A DNA stretch of 19,098 nt from Oligoflexales bacterium (GTDB taxonomy: Bacteria; Bdellovibrionota_B; Oligoflexia; Oligoflexales; RGVZ01), in contig JBIIGV010000052.1 of NCBI GenBank assembly GCA_044236265.1, positions 1 to 19,098 on the forward strand. The letters are read 5' to 3'. The translations under genes and the position numbers were made by a program. The notes beneath the pieces were generated by a model, which was given only the letters and a program-made list of their open reading frames with translations, was not told the DNA's origin and did not search any database. This document shows positions 7,097-17,973 of this stretch, piece by piece. How positions within the stretch are numbered: the stretch's first letter is position 1; each line of letters opens with the position of its first letter.

Positions 7097-9349
7097 TCAG
7101 GCAGCGCTGATCCTGGTTTTCTTGCTTTTATGAAAGTCTTCGAGTTCCGCGGTATCCATGACCAAAACAACCTCGCCGTCACCCAGAATGGCACCGCCTG
7201 CAATGCACGGGATGCCCTGCATAAGGTTACCTAAAGGTTTGATAACCATTTCTTGTTGGTTGATCAGAGAGTCGACGACCACGCCATATCTACGCTCTGC
7301 GTTGCCGATGATAACTGCATATTTTCGATCGTCACTGCGTGCTCGTTGTGATGTCGTAGGAGTTCCGTGAGAAGACTGCTTAGACGTTCCGTACCATGAA
7401 TCCGCATGTTTGCGGTCCAAACCAAGAATTGATTCCAGGTGGTAGATTGGAATGACCTTATCCCGTAGTTTCAGGACTGAGGATTCACCTACAGTCTGAA
7501 TATCAGTTGTTTTGATGCGAATGCTTTCAATCACCGAGTTTAGCGGTATAGCCACCGTTTCTTCGCCAACCTCAACCATCAGACTGTGGACAATTGCCAG
7601 GGTTAAGGGAAGGCGAATGGTTATAGTTGAGCCTTTTCCGACTGCAGAATCGATGTCAACTGTGCCCTTTAATTTAGAAATCTGCTTACGAACCACATCC
7701 ATTCCGACCCCTCGGCCGGAGACTGTTGTCACGGCTTCGGCTGTGGAGAACCCTGGTTCAAAGATCAAATTAAAAATTTCGTGGTCACTCAAGACCGCAT
7801 CACTCTTGATAAGGCCTTTTTCGACACCCTTGCTGCGAATCCTTTTTACATCCATGCCTTTGCCGTCATCGGCAATCTGTATAACGATTTGGTTGCCTTC
7901 TTGCTTGGCTGATAAAATAACGGTCCCCATCTCGTCTTTTCCCGCTGCTGCGCGTGAATCAGGAGACTCGATGCCGTGATCGCAGGCGTTGCGAATCAGA
8001 TGCACCAATGGATCGGCGATCTGTTCGACAAGTGTTTTATCGAACTCGGTTTCTTCACCTTGAATGACGAGGTTGATGTTTTTTCCCAGTTGCCGTGCGA
8101 GGTCGCGAACGATGCGGGGATATTTATTGAATATGGTTCCCACTGGTACCATTCGCACCTTCATGATGATTTCCTGGATCTCGTTCATGTGACGGCCAAA
8201 CTGCTGTAATGTCTCTGTCATGGAGCTCGTATACTTTCCATGAGAGTTCTGCAGTCTCATGGATTCGGCAATGTTTTGAAACTTGGTGCGATCAATCACA
8301 AGCTCCCCGACTAGGTTGACCAACGCGTCAAGCTTTTCAAGGTCGACTCGAATAGTTTCAGATGTCTCAGTTTTTTTCTTTGCTTGCACAGCCTTGTCGT
8401 CGTTGACGTGGCTATTGGATTTTTCGACTGTTTTTTCGGCATGGCTAATGTCACTGCCAGCATTCTTTTTTTTGTTCGGCCGCTCTTGGGTGGCTATGAT
8501 CTTGGCAGGTCTGCCTGCTGCTGCATCTTCCAAGTGTCTTATGATTGGTGCGGTCTTGATACCAGATGGTTCTTGATTGAAGACGGCCTCTATGAGTTTT
8601 TTTAAACAGTCGATCGCTGCCAATATGATATCGATGGTATCGGATGTGGGAGTTAGTTTGCCTTTGCGAACGTTATCAAACAGGTTTTCCAGTCTGTGGG
8701 TGAGTCGTTCTATGGCACGAAATCCAAACATCCCGGACGCGCCCTTAAGTGTGTGGGCGGCGCGGAATATCTCTTCGATCGTATCTTTGCTTTCAGGGTT
8801 TTGCTCCAAGCGCAAAATGCACTCGTCTAGAGTTTGCATGATTTCGGTGGAGTTAGACTGGAAATCTTTCATCATCTCAGGATCGGAGGCAAAGTCGTTG
8901 GACTCCCACTCCTCAATTTCGGGTATATCTCGCGTATCTGAGGGAGGTTCCCTTGCTGGCGGCTGTGTCGCAATTTTGGGTTCGCTGACAGGAGTCGGTG
9001 CGTCCATTTCGGCGAGTAGCCGCTGTGCTTCGTCGTCTGACATCGCAGATTCGCTGCTTTGTTGTGGGCTAGGGGCATCCATTTCCGCCATGAGACGTGC
9101 AGCTTCGTCATCCGACATGGGCTCATTTGCGATATTAGTATCGGTGGTCTCTAACTGAGGTTTGACGGTCCAATTGAGGACTAGATTCATCAGGTCGGAC
9201 GTTTCGATCAATGCCGCGCGCAGGCGTGAGCGAGTCTCGTCCTGTAGAGTTCCCGTTAACCGAATTTCATCCAGCGCAGCGATGACGATGGGTAGGCTCT
9301 CTCGGCGCAAATTGTCAAGTGCTGCGCTGGTCAGAGCATTGTTATCCAT
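7097..9349 (-). CDS. cheA: Chemotaxis histidine kinase CheA with N-terminal extension
   Basis: Hpt motif IFRAAHTLKG, dimerisation motif IRVDLEKLDALVNLVGELVI, HATPase motifs HLIRNACDHGIE/DDGKG/SGRGVGMDVV, and a C-terminal CheW-like domain. Confidence 0.97.
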   Translation of the reverse strand: MDNNALTSAALDNLRRESLPIVIAALDEIRLTGTLQDETRSRLRAALIETSDLMNLVLNWTVKPQLETTDTNIANEPMSDDEAARLMAEMDAPSPQQSSESAMSDDEAQRLLAEMDAPTPVSEPKIATQPPAREPPSDTRDIPEIEEWESNDFASDPEMMKDFQSNSTEIMQTLDECILRLEQNPESKDTIEEIFRAAHTLKGASGMFGFRAIERLTHRLENLFDNVRKGKLTPTSDTIDIILAAIDCLKKLIEAVFNQEPSGIKTAPIIRHLEDAAAGRPAKIIATQERPNKKKNAGSDISHAEKTVEKSNSHVNDDKAVQAKKKTETSETIRVDLEKLDALVNLVGELVIDRTKFQNIAESMRLQNSHGKYTSSMTETLQQFGRHMNEIQEIIMKVRMVPVGTIFNKYPRIVRDLARQLGKNINLVIQGEETEFDKTLVEQIADPLVHLIRNACDHGIESPDSRAAAGKDEMGTVILSAKQEGNQIVIQIADDGKGMDVKRIRSKGVEKGLIKSDAVLSDHEIFNLIFEPGFSTAEAVTTVSGRGVGMDVVRKQISKLKGTVDIDSAVGKGSTITIRLPLTLAIVHSLMVEVGEETVAIPLNSVIESIRIKTTDIQTVGESSVLKLRDKVIPIYHLESILGLDRKHADSWYGTSKQSSHGTPTTSQRARSDDRKYAVIIGNAERRYGVVVDSLINQQEMVIKPLGNLMQGIPCIAGGAILGDGEVVLVMDTAELEDFHKSKKTRISAA

Positions 9350-9375
9350 GCGCCGCCCCCTTACGAAAACGGTGA

Positions 9376-9897
9376 TTAAGAGGCTTTACTGACTTTTGAC
9401 TCAGTAGGACTCAGGAATAGGAAATAGCTGTCAGCCATGGCGTCAAATATCAAGCTTTGCTGGCATTTCTGACAAGCTTTTTCAGGGGCCGACTGTGCCG
9501 TGATAGATGCCTTGTCGCCTTTTACGTCGAGAAGTACTTCCATGTCTCCATGATCTTCGCAAACATAGGGTGCAAAAAATGACTCAACGGTTCCGTTACC
9601 TATGGATTCGGGGACCATGTTGAATTGGTCGACCATTGGAATCGAACATTTCCTGAACGTGAGTTGACCGAGTTTTTCCAGATCTTTAATCAGGAAAACC
9701 CATTCGCGAACGCCGCAGGAGTTGAAGTTTGTAATGCCTTCAAGATCCATGGTAATTGAATTGGCTTGAATGCGAGGAACATCCTGTTGTCTGAAGGTGT
9801 CGTCAACATCACCTTTGAAGGTATAGAGAACGCCGTTTCCGGACTGTTCGATTTCAATCGTCAGACTGCCAAATGTGATTTTGTTGGACATGGTCAT
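9376..9897 (-). CDS. STAS/anti-anti-sigma-like protein with C-terminal Zn-ribbon-like motifs
   Basis: FKGDVD and MDLEGITNFNSCGVREW (STAS-like Ser motif); CEDH and CQKC pairs. Confidence 0.7.
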   Translation of the reverse strand: MTMSNKITFGSLTIEIEQSGNGVLYTFKGDVDDTFRQQDVPRIQANSITMDLEGITNFNSCGVREWVFLIKDLEKLGQLTFRKCSIPMVDQFNMVPESIGNGTVESFFAPYVCEDHGDMEVLLDVKGDKASITAQSAPEKACQKCQQSLIFDAMADSYFLFLSPTESKVSKAS

Positions 9898-9953
9898 TCT
9901 CCGAGTAAGCCGTAGCTATTTCCTGGCAAACAAAACAATGTTTACCAGGAGAG

Positions 9954-9981
9954 GTTTCGGAGATTGGGTGCAAAAGCTTAA
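9954..9981 (-). promoter_or_regulatory. Putative sigma28 (FliA) promoter of the STAS-cheA-cheW operon
   Basis: Minus strand reads TAAG-N15-TCCGAAAC, the same spacing as the site at 3902-3929; the context is a chemotaxis operon. Confidence 0.45.
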
Positions 9982-10045
9982 ACGCACTTATTTGGCAAAA
10001 ACCAAAAAAACACGAGAAATCTCGACAAATCCAAAAGTTGCCTGG

Positions 10046-11434
<1,389 letters not shown>

Positions 11435-11519
11435 TTACGGGTCGTTTCATGCATAAATTTGACGCTAGTCACTCGTTGTTTTGTAAACGCCCTCAATTTG
11501 CTTAGGAGCGATCATCATT

Positions 11520-13046
11520 ATGAAAACTGGATTTAATAAAGAACCATGGAAAGCACTTCTACCAGAGACCTATGACTGGGCTGCAAAAGTTAAGCTCGAT
11601 ATGGTCTCCGCCATCGTTCCCGGTGCGACCCATGTTGTTGCACTTTCTGAATCTAAAGAAGGTGACGATTCCGTTAACTTGAACGCGCCTGAATTGCCTG
11701 CCGATGTGAACAAGAAAATTACGGAGGCAGTAGCCGCCGCAGGATGGAAAGGCTCTGGGAGTTTCGTTGCCATCGTTGACGGCAATCCTTACGTATTGGT
11801 GTCCCCCACAAAAGTTAAGACGTCGAAGCCGCAGAAAAGTCGAGCGCTGGGACTTGATGCAGCGAGCGTCTTGAAAAATCTTAAGTCGTCTCGAGTTGTG
11901 CTCTGCAAGGCGGAGGGTCTTTGCACGAAGTCAGTTTTTGACGGTGTGGCCCAAGGATTTTATGCTCAAGGGTCATTTAAGGGTAAAAAGAAAGATCCTT
12001 CCAAAAACCCGCTCCCGGGACATTTCAGTTTCTTTGGCGGAAAAATTGACGGTGATGACGAGAAGCACCTGCGCTCGATGATTCGGGCAACAGCTCTAAC
12101 GCGGTTTATGCAAGATGCTCCGGCCAATTGGTTCGACCCACTGCGTTTTGCGGAAATCGCTGAAGACGTCTGCAAGGAAAACGGCATCAAAGTGACAATT
12201 CACGATAAGGCATCATTGCAGACGCTTGGCATGGGTTCATTTCTCAGTGTTAACGCAGGTTCTGCAAACGAAGCGCGGATGATTGTCATGGAAATTGATG
12301 GTCAGGATAACTCTAAGTCCGTCGCTCTGATCGGCAAAGGACTAACGTTTGATGCCGGTGGAGTTTCCCTCAAGCCCGGACTTGGCATGGAAGAGATGAA
12401 GTATGACATGTCAGGTGGAGCAGCCGTTTTGGGTTCGGCGTTCTATTTCAGTCAGGTGAAACCGCCTGTTAAAACGATCTGCATCATCGGTGCGACAGAA
12501 AACTTGATTAACTCGCACGCCACTAAGCCAGGTGACGTCGTCGTGGCTATGAATGGTAAGACGATCGAGATTCAAAATACGGACGCTGAAGGGCGACTTG
12601 TGTTGGCGGACTTGGTTCACTATGCAAATGTCACGTTCAAGCCAGAAATGATGATCGACGTGGCAACGTTGACGGGTGCCGTTTTGATTGCGCTTGGTAC
12701 TGTTGGCGCAGGACTGATGTCCAACGATGACGCAACCGCAGAGCATATCCTCAAAGCAAGTAAAGAAATCGGTGAGCCATTCTGGCAATTACCACTTTGG
12801 CCTGAGCTTGAGCAGGAAACAAAGGGTACGACAGCCGATTTGAACAATATTGCAAAATCTTCAGTTAAAGCCGGAACCATCATGGGTGCCATGTTTATCA
12901 AGGAGTTTGTAGGTAACGCTAAGTGGGCTCACCTTGATATTGCTGGTACTGGTTGGAACTGCAAGGCCGTTGGATTCCCGGGCTCTGGAGGTTGTGCTTA
13001 CGGCCTTCGGACCATGGTTGAGTCGGTGAAGCGTTTTGGCAAGTAA
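11520..13046 (+). CDS. pepA: Leucyl aminopeptidase (M17)
   Basis: IGKGLTFDAGG, MKYDMSG, NTDAEGRL and HLDIAG motifs; AGGAG RBS. Confidence 0.96.
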   Translation: MKTGFNKEPWKALLPETYDWAAKVKLDMVSAIVPGATHVVALSESKEGDDSVNLNAPELPADVNKKITEAVAAAGWKGSGSFVAIVDGNPYVLVSPTKVKTSKPQKSRALGLDAASVLKNLKSSRVVLCKAEGLCTKSVFDGVAQGFYAQGSFKGKKKDPSKNPLPGHFSFFGGKIDGDDEKHLRSMIRATALTRFMQDAPANWFDPLRFAEIAEDVCKENGIKVTIHDKASLQTLGMGSFLSVNAGSANEARMIVMEIDGQDNSKSVALIGKGLTFDAGGVSLKPGLGMEEMKYDMSGGAAVLGSAFYFSQVKPPVKTICIIGATENLINSHATKPGDVVVAMNGKTIEIQNTDAEGRLVLADLVHYANVTFKPEMMIDVATLTGAVLIALGTVGAGLMSNDDATAEHILKASKEIGEPFWQLPLWPELEQETKGTTADLNNIAKSSVKAGTIMGAMFIKEFVGNAKWAHLDIAGTGWNCKAVGFPGSGGCAYGLRTMVESVKRFGK

Positions 13047-13692
13047 GGCGCCTTTTGTTCTCTTCGACATGGATGGAACGCTGCTCGACACGCGTCACGA
13101 TATTGCGCGCGCTGCTAACAACGCACGCAAGGAGTTAGGGCTGTCGCAGCTTTCGCTCGAGGAGGTGGTGCGTGCTGTGGGTGACGGTGTTAATTTGTTT
13201 GTTAGCCGAGTTACCTATCCTCAAGAAGACGCGCGGTTTCTTGATGCAAAAAAAGTTTTTATGCGTCACTACGCTGCGAATGTTACCGGTGATACAAAAC
13301 CCTATGATGGCGTACCTGAGCTGTTAAATTTTTTGCGGGACAGTGGAATTCCCATGGGGGTCGTCAGTAACAAACCAGCTGCGCTTGTCGACGAGTTGGT
13401 GCGTTTTTTTAATTGGCAGCCCTTCTTCAAGACATGGCTTGGTGGTGATTCCACGGCAAAACCTAAACCGGACAAGGGACCTCTTGTACACGCGTTAAAT
13501 GTTAGTGGATTAGATTTGACTCATCCTATTGTGATGGTTGGTGATGGGCATCAGGATGTGCTTGCAGCCAAGGCCATGCAGTGTCAGGCAATCTGGGTCA
13601 GCTGGGGCTTTAATCCTGAGCCTCCCGCTGATTATCCAAGTTTTCGCGCTGATCACCCGCGCGATGTTTCACGCTTTCTAATGACGCGCTAG
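13036..13692 (+). CDS. gph: HAD-superfamily hydrolase, phosphoglycolate phosphatase-like
   Basis: FDMDGTLLD, VSNK, KPKP and MVGD..QD motifs; overlaps the pepA stop codon. Confidence 0.85.
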   Translation: MASKAPFVLFDMDGTLLDTRHDIARAANNARKELGLSQLSLEEVVRAVGDGVNLFVSRVTYPQEDARFLDAKKVFMRHYAANVTGDTKPYDGVPELLNFLRDSGIPMGVVSNKPAALVDELVRFFNWQPFFKTWLGGDSTAKPKPDKGPLVHALNVSGLDLTHPIVMVGDGHQDVLAAKAMQCQAIWVSWGFNPEPPADYPSFRADHPRDVSRFLMTR

Positions 13693-13728
13693 GCTAGTTC
13701 GTATCGTTGTCAGTGATCGTCTGCCCAA

Positions 13729-14073
13729 TTAGAGACATTCACCTTGGTAATATTGAATCATCACGTTCATATCTTTTGGCGACTGTAAGTCGCATGTAGC
13801 TTTTGTTTCGTACCAAATATAGGCAGACGGATTGTACCATCGATTGTCGATGGCCGTCGCTTTTACTGCTGATGGATCGATGGAGCAAGGCAGGGCCTTT
13901 TGCTTCAGTTTTTCCACCGCATCTTCAAGACAGTGTTTGACAATGTGAAGGTCTGAGGCTGTTGTCGGTTTGCCAACCGATGTGACATGGCTCGTGCTAT
14001 TTTGAGAGCCCTTTACGCCGCAAGCAGATACTGCGAGCGCGAGTAGTGACGTCATGTAAAAGCACTTTGTCAT
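13729..14073 (-). CDS. Small lipoprotein, hypothetical
   Basis: Lipobox VSA-C, GGAGG RBS, additional Cys residues. Confidence 0.8.
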   Translation of the reverse strand: MTKCFYMTSLLALAVSACGVKGSQNSTSHVTSVGKPTTASDLHIVKHCLEDAVEKLKQKALPCSIDPSAVKATAIDNRWYNPSAYIWYETKATCDLQSPKDMNVMIQYYQGECL

Positions 14074-14112
14074 ATTTGGCCTCCAAAGCTCGGTGACACC
14101 TGGATTTTCCGG

Positions 14113-14129
14113 AGCAAATGGCAGGCCAA
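14113..14129 (-). promoter_or_regulatory. Putative sigma54 (-24/-12) promoter
   Basis: Minus strand TTGGCCTGCCATTTGCT gives GG-N10-GC, about 40 nt upstream of ATG 14073. Confidence 0.6.
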
Positions 14130-14373
14130 TTTTAAGGTCCTGAATTCATTGATGCCTTACCAGTCCAGATGTCAAAGGCATTGACGCCTTGGATCGGCGG
14201 TCTGAGTTCGTTGCTTGTTCTAAAGGGTTAAAGTGCGCACCGTTTCGACGTGATTTCGAATTCTGCGCATTCACCGCAGATAAGCATCTGAAAATACAAG
14301 AATAAGTTGCCTTAAACCTCCCTGATCTCATCTAATCTTAGTAAGTTACCGAAGAGTGGCCTGGGAGTCGGCG

Positions 14374-16080
14374 ATGAGGGTCAGGCGAAAAGATTATAAA
14401 TTTCAGAAGACTGCGGGTGAAGAGGGTAGCCTGAGTATTATCTTCGTGGTGCTGCTTTCAGCGGCGTCCCTTGTAGGTGTTTCCGCATTAGTGAAGAAGT
14501 ATGCTGATGAGGGCAAGGTTGCCAAGCTAAATGAGCGTAGGGCCGACGCCGCGTTAAATCCGATCAATGCGGCGATCGTGGCGAAGTCCCTTTTCTCTCC
14601 GCCGGGTCTGTGGACAACGCCTAACTTGGTTGGTCAACCCGCGAGGATGCCGAGTCTATATGTAGATCCATATATCCCCTCGGCAGCTGTATTCGCGGGT
14701 ACCCCTCCTGCAGGATTGACGCTGGTAAATCCAAGTCCTGCCGGTAGCGCTATATGGAGTAGCGCTGCCTATGCTAGTTCCCGCAGTATTGATGTCTTTG
14801 CGGTTGATAGAAATCGATTAAATCCAGCTGGTCTCAACAGTTTATTGACCGATGCGGCTGATGGCGGTTCCTTCGACGCTAGTTTGCTGTCACGAATGCC
14901 AACAACAAAGTCTACGATCAAGAACTTCGTTCTGTCCCATTGTACGCCCACCGGTGCGCCATCTGCTAGCTATACTGGCGTATATTGTGTTCAGGCTGAT
15001 TTCATCACAGCAAACTATAGCGTCAACAGTAATGCTGCATCGGGAAGTAACTCATCAACGGTATTTTTAGGGACACTTCCAGTTCCACCCCCACCTGTGT
15101 GCAATAGTGTCGTCGTTCCGCCAAACATCCAGCCCGGTGATACCAGAACCGTGACGGTTTCAGCATCGGGAGTTGTAACAGGCTACACGTTCTCCGTTAG
15201 AGCGATGGTTGGTGGAGTGATGCGAACGTACGTCAATCAGGATGTGAGTAGGGTTTTGACGGCAGCCAACAGCGTTCGGGGAACGGCTAATCTCGCGCCC
15301 TTGACCATCAACTTGTCAGATCTTAACTCGTTCAACTATACGACGATGCCGAGTGGAACCAGGCTTAGCGTTAATGTTTCCTTGAAAGGTGTTACCGGTG
15401 CGGCAGTCGCTTGTCCTGCGCCCAACATCGTCGTCACAAGGCCTAGTTGCTCGTTGGCTTTCAATAAGACGACGCCCTATATGGCCGGAGAACTTGTGAC
15501 TATGAATTACGGCCTTGCAAATTCGCGAACGGGCGATGTTTCGGACTATCAACAACAAAATATTGCCATGAGCGGACGACCTCCAGCGTCACCCGATGGG
15601 AATCGGCAATATTCAGGCACAGCGCCCGGAGGCAACAACGTGCCTATATCTGCCTCAGTGACGCTGCGGCGCGGGCCTTTGGTGGTGGCGCAGTGTAGCA
15701 CCTCGGGAGTTAGCACCATTCCTTGTCGACCAAATCCAAACTTTGCAAGAGGTACACATTATGGAAATCAAGCGAACTGGGATCCGAGTCGGTTTTTAAG
15801 TATTCCGGGACGTTTGCCGTTTGAACTTTACAATCAAATTGCCGGAAATCCCGGGAACTCATCTCTTGTCGATTCAGCAGGCAACCGTACAGAGTTGTGT
15901 CAGCGAGTTTTTGGGCCTTATGCAGCGCCTTGGGGCGGGGGAGCATTGCGATACAGTAGTCCTGGTAACAACACGGTTTGTTTTGGTGTCAATGGGCGAG
16001 ACTGTCGAAATGCAAAAGCCGCTGGTAATCCGCCTCACATCACCTGGACACTATGTCGCTGTGACATTAGATTTCCGTAG
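14374..16080 (+). CDS. Large pilin-like (PilX/GspK-type N-terminus) protein with Cys/Pro/Asn-rich extracellular region
   Basis: Basic leader then EEG|SLSIIFVVLL hydrophobic helix lacking Glu+5. Start is ATG 14374 or GTG 14356. Confidence 0.7.
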   Translation: MRVRRKDYKFQKTAGEEGSLSIIFVVLLSAASLVGVSALVKKYADEGKVAKLNERRADAALNPINAAIVAKSLFSPPGLWTTPNLVGQPARMPSLYVDPYIPSAAVFAGTPPAGLTLVNPSPAGSAIWSSAAYASSRSIDVFAVDRNRLNPAGLNSLLTDAADGGSFDASLLSRMPTTKSTIKNFVLSHCTPTGAPSASYTGVYCVQADFITANYSVNSNAASGSNSSTVFLGTLPVPPPPVCNSVVVPPNIQPGDTRTVTVSASGVVTGYTFSVRAMVGGVMRTYVNQDVSRVLTAANSVRGTANLAPLTINLSDLNSFNYTTMPSGTRLSVNVSLKGVTGAAVACPAPNIVVTRPSCSLAFNKTTPYMAGELVTMNYGLANSRTGDVSDYQQQNIAMSGRPPASPDGNRQYSGTAPGGNNVPISASVTLRRGPLVVAQCSTSGVSTIPCRPNPNFARGTHYGNQANWDPSRFLSIPGRLPFELYNQIAGNPGNSSLVDSAGNRTELCQRVFGPYAAPWGGGALRYSSPGNNTVCFGVNGRDCRNAKAAGNPPHITWTLCRCDIRFP

Positions 16081-16110
16081 ATTAATTTAAGCGATGGAGT
16101 TTGTTCAGGC

Positions 16111-16857
16111 GTGAAACTAGGAGCAAAAAATATTTTCGATTTGATTGTAAGGCCTCTGCTGTGGGGTGAGGTTGGAGCCTCTATGCCTGCAATTTTAGTG
16201 TCATCAGGAATTCTCGGTATTTTGGGCTTTGGTGTCATAAAGTCACTGGGTGAAGCTGGAAAATTTCAAAATGAAAATGCTGTGCGTGCCTCTGCGACAA
16301 AATTTCAAGATGTGATGCGAGCAGAGCTCGCCAAAACTGCCAGAAAATTCATTGCCGATGATTGTACTGGTAGTCGTTTTGGTGGGGTGTCTAATCCGCT
16401 AAAGTTTGCGTTTGACAAGCTTGATATAAACTCTTTGGATAGCGGTGACAGCGTTTCCATGCGCTACACGACGACGCCAGTTGCACGCGCGTCTGAGCAT
16501 AAAGATGCTGCCAAGCGCTGTACACAGCCTAGAAATGGAATTGCCAATGGGGCGAGGATCGGGGCTGGAGAGTACGCGTATTTCTGTTTAAAGTTTGAGG
16601 CATCACAGAATTATGTTCAAAAAGGCAATCTCAGTGCCCAGTCTTTTTGGCGTGTCCCAGATGCGTTCATGGAAGTTATGATAGTACCTGTTCAGCTACA
16701 GACAGATACACCCATTTTGTGCCGCGACGTCAATGGTGGTGCTCAAGGTGCTAAGATCCTGTACTCAGTTTACTACTCTAGTCAATTTGGTGCGTCGTCT
16801 GGAGGGTCTCTTGGAAAGCGCCTTTACGGGGTATTTTACGTGAGTGGTGATCAATGA
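16111..16857 (+). CDS. Pilin-like protein (class III signal-like N-terminus)
   Basis: EVG|ASMPAILVSSGILGILGFGV followed by an amphipathic helix; four Cys; co-oriented with its neighbours. Confidence 0.65.
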   Translation: MKLGAKNIFDLIVRPLLWGEVGASMPAILVSSGILGILGFGVIKSLGEAGKFQNENAVRASATKFQDVMRAELAKTARKFIADDCTGSRFGGVSNPLKFAFDKLDINSLDSGDSVSMRYTTTPVARASEHKDAAKRCTQPRNGIANGARIGAGEYAYFCLKFEASQNYVQKGNLSAQSFWRVPDAFMEVMIVPVQLQTDTPILCRDVNGGAQGAKILYSVYYSSQFGASSGGSLGKRLYGVFYVSGDQ

Positions 16858-16870
16858 TGAGCAGGCTGAC

Positions 16871-17656
16871 ATGAAGAAATTTTTGAATTATTTTGATACC
16901 AAAAGATCTTGGAGAGGTTGGGATCGTCGAGCTGGAATGAGCCTGGTTGAACTTTTGGTCTCCATAGGTATTGCTGGAATCGTCATGACTTTTGCGGTTC
17001 GCTATTATCGCACATATCTAGAGCAGAAATGGGTGCAGGAGACCAAGTCAAATATGCAGGCGACCAAAGAGCATGTGGCGGCTGTCTTGCGCAAAAAGAT
17101 TCCTCGCTCCATCGCTGCACTTAGTGTTTCGCCGCCAACTACGAATGCGGCAGTCTGGACTTGCCCTTCCGGGGGGCCGTGTCGACTTTCCACAGATGCT
17201 GTCAATGGCATCCGAATTGAAGTGACTTGTACATCGACAAGTGGAATTTCGATTCTCGATAAAACCCCTTTTGATCAAGTTTCTGCGAATTTGACTGGCC
17301 AATGTATCAAATGTGGAAAAGGAACCAGGCCGGTGATGACCATCCAGTTATACACTGGAGGCGTTTTGACGAGTAGTAAGCAGTTTCCGCAGACTAATGC
17401 CTATAATAATTTAGTGGCGATGGGTATGTGCTTTGATGCTCCGTTGTACCAAGAAAACACTGGTACCGCGGCAGTCCCAAATATGGTCAATCGATGGGAT
17501 CGATGGAAGATCACACTTCTGCCGTACTATTTTACGCAGATGCCGACAGTAAGCCACTCTGCTGCTGAACTGGTGTCGCGAATCAAATTCGTACCTGAAC
17601 AGATCATGCTAGCGCCAGATGCCCAGCTTGGGCCCAACATGCGGATTATCAGATGA
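16871..17656 (+). CDS. Prepilin-type N-terminal cleavage/methylation domain protein
   Basis: RAG|MSLVELLVSIGIAGIV, a canonical type IV prepilin motif with Glu+5. Start is ATG 16871 (track gives GTG 16844). Confidence 0.85.
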   Translation: MKKFLNYFDTKRSWRGWDRRAGMSLVELLVSIGIAGIVMTFAVRYYRTYLEQKWVQETKSNMQATKEHVAAVLRKKIPRSIAALSVSPPTTNAAVWTCPSGGPCRLSTDAVNGIRIEVTCTSTSGISILDKTPFDQVSANLTGQCIKCGKGTRPVMTIQLYTGGVLTSSKQFPQTNAYNNLVAMGMCFDAPLYQENTGTAAVPNMVNRWDRWKITLLPYYFTQMPTVSHSAAELVSRIKFVPEQIMLAPDAQLGPNMRIIR

Positions 17657-17701
17657 CTCTTTGAACTTGTTTGAGCGGCTTGCAAAAGCTACGAACACAA
17701 A

Positions 17702-17950
17702 TCAGTTGCATGTTACCTGTATATTTGCACAGTAAATGTAATCGCCATCATGACCTGTCATAACTTCGTTTCTGAAGCAACGTGGACCCAAGTTCATCCG
17801 ACCATAGTCCACATTGACCTGACAAGATCCATCCTGAATCATGGTTCTGGCTCGCTCGGAAACTTGCTCAGCGTATGATGGTTGAAAAAAAGATAGCATT
17901 AGCCCGGCGCCAACTGCGCCAGAGATGACAGAAATAATCACTGTTTTCAT
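17702..17950 (-). CDS. Small secreted Cys-containing hypothetical protein (82 aa)
   Basis: Signal peptide ending SYA, GGGAG RBS, four Cys. Confidence 0.7.
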   Translation of the reverse strand: MKTVIISVISGAVGAGLMLSFFQPSYAEQVSERARTMIQDGSCQVNVDYGRMNLGPRCFRNEVMTGHDGDYIYCANIQVTCN

Positions 17951-17973
17951 GCAGGATCTCCCGTGTTGTTGTT

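Noticed and set aside
11520..13046. PepA as an accessory recombination factor for the repeat array (as in Xer/cer)
   Set aside because: It is a housekeeping gene 5 kb away in core context, with no evidence linking it to the repeats.
14136..14147. GGTCCTGAATTC as another repeat end
   Set aside because: Short isolated match without a hairpin or core; expected by chance.
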